In this document: one piece after another, positions 61,186 through 64,000 of the stretch | Position numbering within the stretch: position 1 is the stretch's first letter | Layout of the letters: each line of letters starts with the position of its first letter | Assembly: GCA_965261395.1 (NCBI GenBank) | Contig: OZ253462.1 | Location: 1,536,001-1,600,000 of the forward strand | Source: Candidatus Latescibacterota bacterium | GTDB taxonomy: Bacteria > Latescibacterota > UBA2968 > UBA8231 | Direction of reading: 5' to 3' | Length of the DNA: 64,000 nucleotides | Program-made: the position numbers and the translations under genes | The notes under the pieces: model-generated | What the model saw: only the letters and a program-made list of their open reading frames with translations | Told to the model about the DNA's origin: nothing | The model's database searches: none

Positions 61186-62031
61186 ATGAGAACCCTCAAA
61201 TACAGTATTTTGCTCGCCACTGCCCTATTAATCACCTGCAGCGACGACGACAATCCCGTCGAAGGGAGTAGGGACAATGCGATTGGCAATACAGAGAGCC
61301 GTGGGCAGGGGCAACTCGCCGCCGCTCAAGAGCACGATGGCGGGGATAATACCATTGGCAATGCAGCGAGCCATTGGCGGGGGCTAGAGATCAGTCCCGA
61401 GAGTAGATGTTCCCCTTATGAGCGCAGCAACTATCGCTACTCGCAGTCTGTCGAGCTTGCCATTATCGAAGGACTCGGCGGCATATACAGCCCGTACACT
61501 GGGCGCTGTTTTGCTAGTCAGTGGGAGACGGATATCGAGCACATAGTCGCGCTTTCCGAGGCGCATGACAGTGGGCTATGCGAGCCTGCCCCCAACATCA
61601 TGCAGCTACGTCAAGCCTTTGCTTCCGATCCGCTCAATCTGACGCTTGCCAGCCCTGAATTAAACCGCGACCGCAAGCAGCACTACGACGGTGCCGAATG
61701 GATGCCGCCCCTGAATAGGTGCTGGTTTGCCCAGCGCGTCGTTGAAGTGCGCAGAAAGTATGGCCTCACTATTGACCGCAGGGAGGCGGAAGCACTAGAG
61801 CGCATACTTTCTGCCTGTTCCTCTGTCGAGATGGAGTTTATTGATTGTGGATTGGCGACTTCGGAAGTTAGGCTGGCAAGCTCAGATGCGCTTAGCGAGT
61901 ATGACGACGACGGCAATGGGCGCATCTCTTGCGCGGAGGCACGACGGCACGGCATAGCTCCCGTCAGCAGTAGCCATCCGGCGTATCCATTTATGCACGA
62001 CGGGGATGGCGATGGCGTCGTATGCGAATGA
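61186..62031 (+). CDS. Lipoprotein with HNH-like (DUF1524-type) nuclease and Excalibur Ca-binding domain
   Basis: Lipobox LITC, DIEHIVALSEAHDSG, NL......N..K, C-terminal DGDGDGVVCE. Confidence 0.75.
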   Translation: MRTLKYSILLATALLITCSDDDNPVEGSRDNAIGNTESRGQGQLAAAQEHDGGDNTIGNAASHWRGLEISPESRCSPYERSNYRYSQSVELAIIEGLGGIYSPYTGRCFASQWETDIEHIVALSEAHDSGLCEPAPNIMQLRQAFASDPLNLTLASPELNRDRKQHYDGAEWMPPLNRCWFAQRVVEVRRKYGLTIDRREAEALERILSACSSVEMEFIDCGLATSEVRLASSDALSEYDDDGNGRISCAEARRHGIAPVSSSHPAYPFMHDGDGDGVVCE

Positions 62032-64000
62032 ACCAAAACTTCTCGATCCACTCAGCCCTGCAAGACTTTGCTGCCTCGGTGACCGCGAAGATGACTCAAA
62101 TTACCCTTGGCGAACCCGAAGACCAACTGCGCGGTCCCTTCGAGACCTTTATGAACGAGGTGGGCCATGCTTTCGACTGGAATGTCGTCTGCACCGGCGA
62201 AACTCCCCTGCCCGACCGTCTCGGTCGCCCGGATTACGCTGTTCATCTCAATCAACTGCTCATCGGCTACGTCGAGCTCAAGGCTCCCGGCGTTGGCGCG
62301 GCAGCCACCCGTTTCAGAGGCCATAATCGCAATCAGTTCAAGCGGTTCTCGGCTATTCCCAACATTCTTTATACCGACGGCAACGAGTGGGTGCTCTACC
62401 GAGACGGCAAACAGGTGCGAGGTTGCCATCTGTCTGGCGATGTCGCCGCCGACGGCAGGGAGGCCACCGCGCCCCAGGACGCCCACGCCGTTGAAGATCT
62501 CTTGCGCGATTTCCTCTTGTGGGAGCCTAGCATCCCCGTCAACCGCAACCGCAAAATTGACCTCAATCGCTTTGCCGAGTTGCTGGCACCACTGTGCCGC
62601 ATGTTACGCGACGACGTGATGGACGCGCTCAAAGACCCGGCTTCGCCCCTCGTACACCTTGCGCAAGACTGGCGACAACTCCTCTTCCCGAACGCCTCGG
62701 ACGAGCAGTTCGCGGACGCGTACGCCCAGACCGTTACCTTCGCTCTACTGCTAGGCCGCAGCGAGGGGGCCGACCCGCTCTCCCTTGAAAGCGCGAGAAA
62801 TGCCCTTGCCGTACAGCACAACCTGCTGTCGCGGGCGCTGCAAGTACTGACGGACCCCAACGCACATGCCGACATCGCCGCTTCCCTGGACTTGCTGCTG
62901 CGCGTCATCGCTGTCGTGCCGCCTGCCACGCTCACCGGCCCCGAGGATCCCTGGCTCTACTTCTACGAAGACTTCCTCGCTAAGTACGATCCCGAGTTGC
63001 GCAGGAACGCTGGGGCCTACTATACCCCGGTGGAGGTCGTCCGCACCCAAGTGCGCCTAATTGATAACTTGCTCGTCAATCGTCTCGGCAAGCCGCTGGG
63101 CTTCGCTGATCCCGGCGTCGTCACGCTCGATCCTGCGGTCGGAACCGGAACCTATTTGCTCGGCGTCATTGAACACGCTCTCGGCCGGATCGAAAAGGAA
63201 CAGGGCGCGGGTGCTGTCACAGGCCAAGCCACCACGCTGGCTAAAAACCTGTATGGCTTTGAGTTGTTAGTTGGTCCTTACGCTGTAAGCGAACTGCGCG
63301 TCAGCCGTGCCCTCCATGACCGAGGTGCCGATCTGCCCCAAGACGGCACACACCTTTATCTGACCGACACCCTCGAAAGCCCCCACGCTTCACCGCCGCA
63401 ATCGCCGTTGTTCCTGCAGCCCATCGCCGAGCAGCACGCCAAGGCACTCAAAGTCAAGAACAAGGTCCCCGTCATCGTCTGCCTAGGCAATCCGCCCTAC
63501 GACCGACATGAGGCTGACGACTCCAATAAGGCCCGCACCGGCGGCTGGGTCCGCTGGGGTGATGGCCGTGCTCGCACGATTCTTCGCGATTTCCTCGACC
63601 CGGCCATCGATGCTGGGCACAGTGTCCACGTCAAGAACCTCTATAATCTCTATGTCTATTTCTGGCGCTGGGCGCTGTGGAAGGTCTTTGAGCAAGACAC
63701 CGCCGAAGGCCCCGGCATCGTCAGCTTCATCAGCGCTTCGAGCTACCTCGACGGCGATGCTTTCTCTGGAATGCGTGAACACATGCGCCGCGTCTGCGAC
63801 GAAATCTGGATCCTCGACCTCGGCGGCGAGGGACGCGGCACGCGCCAAGATAGCAATGTCTTTGCGATTCAGACGCCAGTAGCCATTGTCGTGGCGTTCC
63901 GTGCGGGGGAGGTGGAAACCGATAAGTCCGCGAAAGTCCGCTATGCCCGGATTGAGGGGATGCGTGCGGAGAAGCTCGCCGCGCTCGCCGCTATCGACGG
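62028..64000 (+). CDS. Fused restriction-modification enzyme (Type IIG/ISP-like, N6-adenine MTase), runs off the window
   Basis: RPDY...GYVELKAP nuclease motif, YFYEDFL..YD, GAYYTP, LDPAVGTGTYL, GNPPY; absent from the ORF track because no stop is reached. Confidence 0.9.
   Translation, partial: MNQNFSIHSALQDFAASVTAKMTQITLGEPEDQLRGPFETFMNEVGHAFDWNVVCTGETPLPDRLGRPDYAVHLNQLLIGYVELKAPGVGAAATRFRGHNRNQFKRFSAIPNILYTDGNEWVLYRDGKQVRGCHLSGDVAADGREATAPQDAHAVEDLLRDFLLWEPSIPVNRNRKIDLNRFAELLAPLCRMLRDDVMDALKDPASPLVHLAQDWRQLLFPNASDEQFADAYAQTVTFALLLGRSEGADPLSLESARNALAVQHNLLSRALQVLTDPNAHADIAASLDLLLRVIAVVPPATLTGPEDPWLYFYEDFLAKYDPELRRNAGAYYTPVEVVRTQVRLIDNLLVNRLGKPLGFADPGVVTLDPAVGTGTYLLGVIEHALGRIEKEQGAGAVTGQATTLAKNLYGFELLVGPYAVSELRVSRALHDRGADLPQDGTHLYLTDTLESPHASPPQSPLFLQPIAEQHAKALKVKNKVPVIVCLGNPPYDRHEADDSNKARTGGWVRWGDGRARTILRDFLDPAIDAGHSVHVKNLYNLYVYFWRWALWKVFEQDTAEGPGIVSFISASSYLDGDAFSGMREHMRRVCDEIWILDLGGEGRGTRQDSNVFAIQTPVAIVVAFRAGEVETDKSAKVRYARIEGMRAEKLAALAAID

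Overview
GC-rich bacterial chromosome segment. The gene content (expanded PhyH dioxygenases, sulfatases, Gfo/Idh/MocA oxidoreductases, FlgD/T9SS-like C-terminal domains, a C-terminal 'SWGxIK' motif) suggests an uncultured FCB-related lineage such as Latescibacterota; this assignment is inference only. Housekeeping genes (tRNA-Val, tyrS, guaA, nadB) are interleaved with accessory islands. Main observations: (1) a complete leader-peptide (Tyr-Tyr-Tyr) transcription attenuator upstream of tyrS; (2) an insertion hotspot where the 3' end of one gene occurs three times, bracketing two cargo blocks, one of which is a GHKL/MORC ATPase + atypical methyltransferase-like protein + C5 DNA methyltransferase trio with no recognisable nuclease; (3) a sigma-54 module made of an apparently cytoplasmic propeller/Y_Y_Y enhancer-binding protein, three phased palindromes and a -24/-12 promoter upstream of variable secreted TolB-like paralogs; (4) a recurrent C-terminal SWGxIK putative sorting signal; (5) a 6.7-kb integrase-less sulfatase island at tRNA-Val bounded by 17-bp direct repeats; (6) several frameshifted, nonsense or internally deleted genes. 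All family calls come from motif recognition by eye, not database searches.
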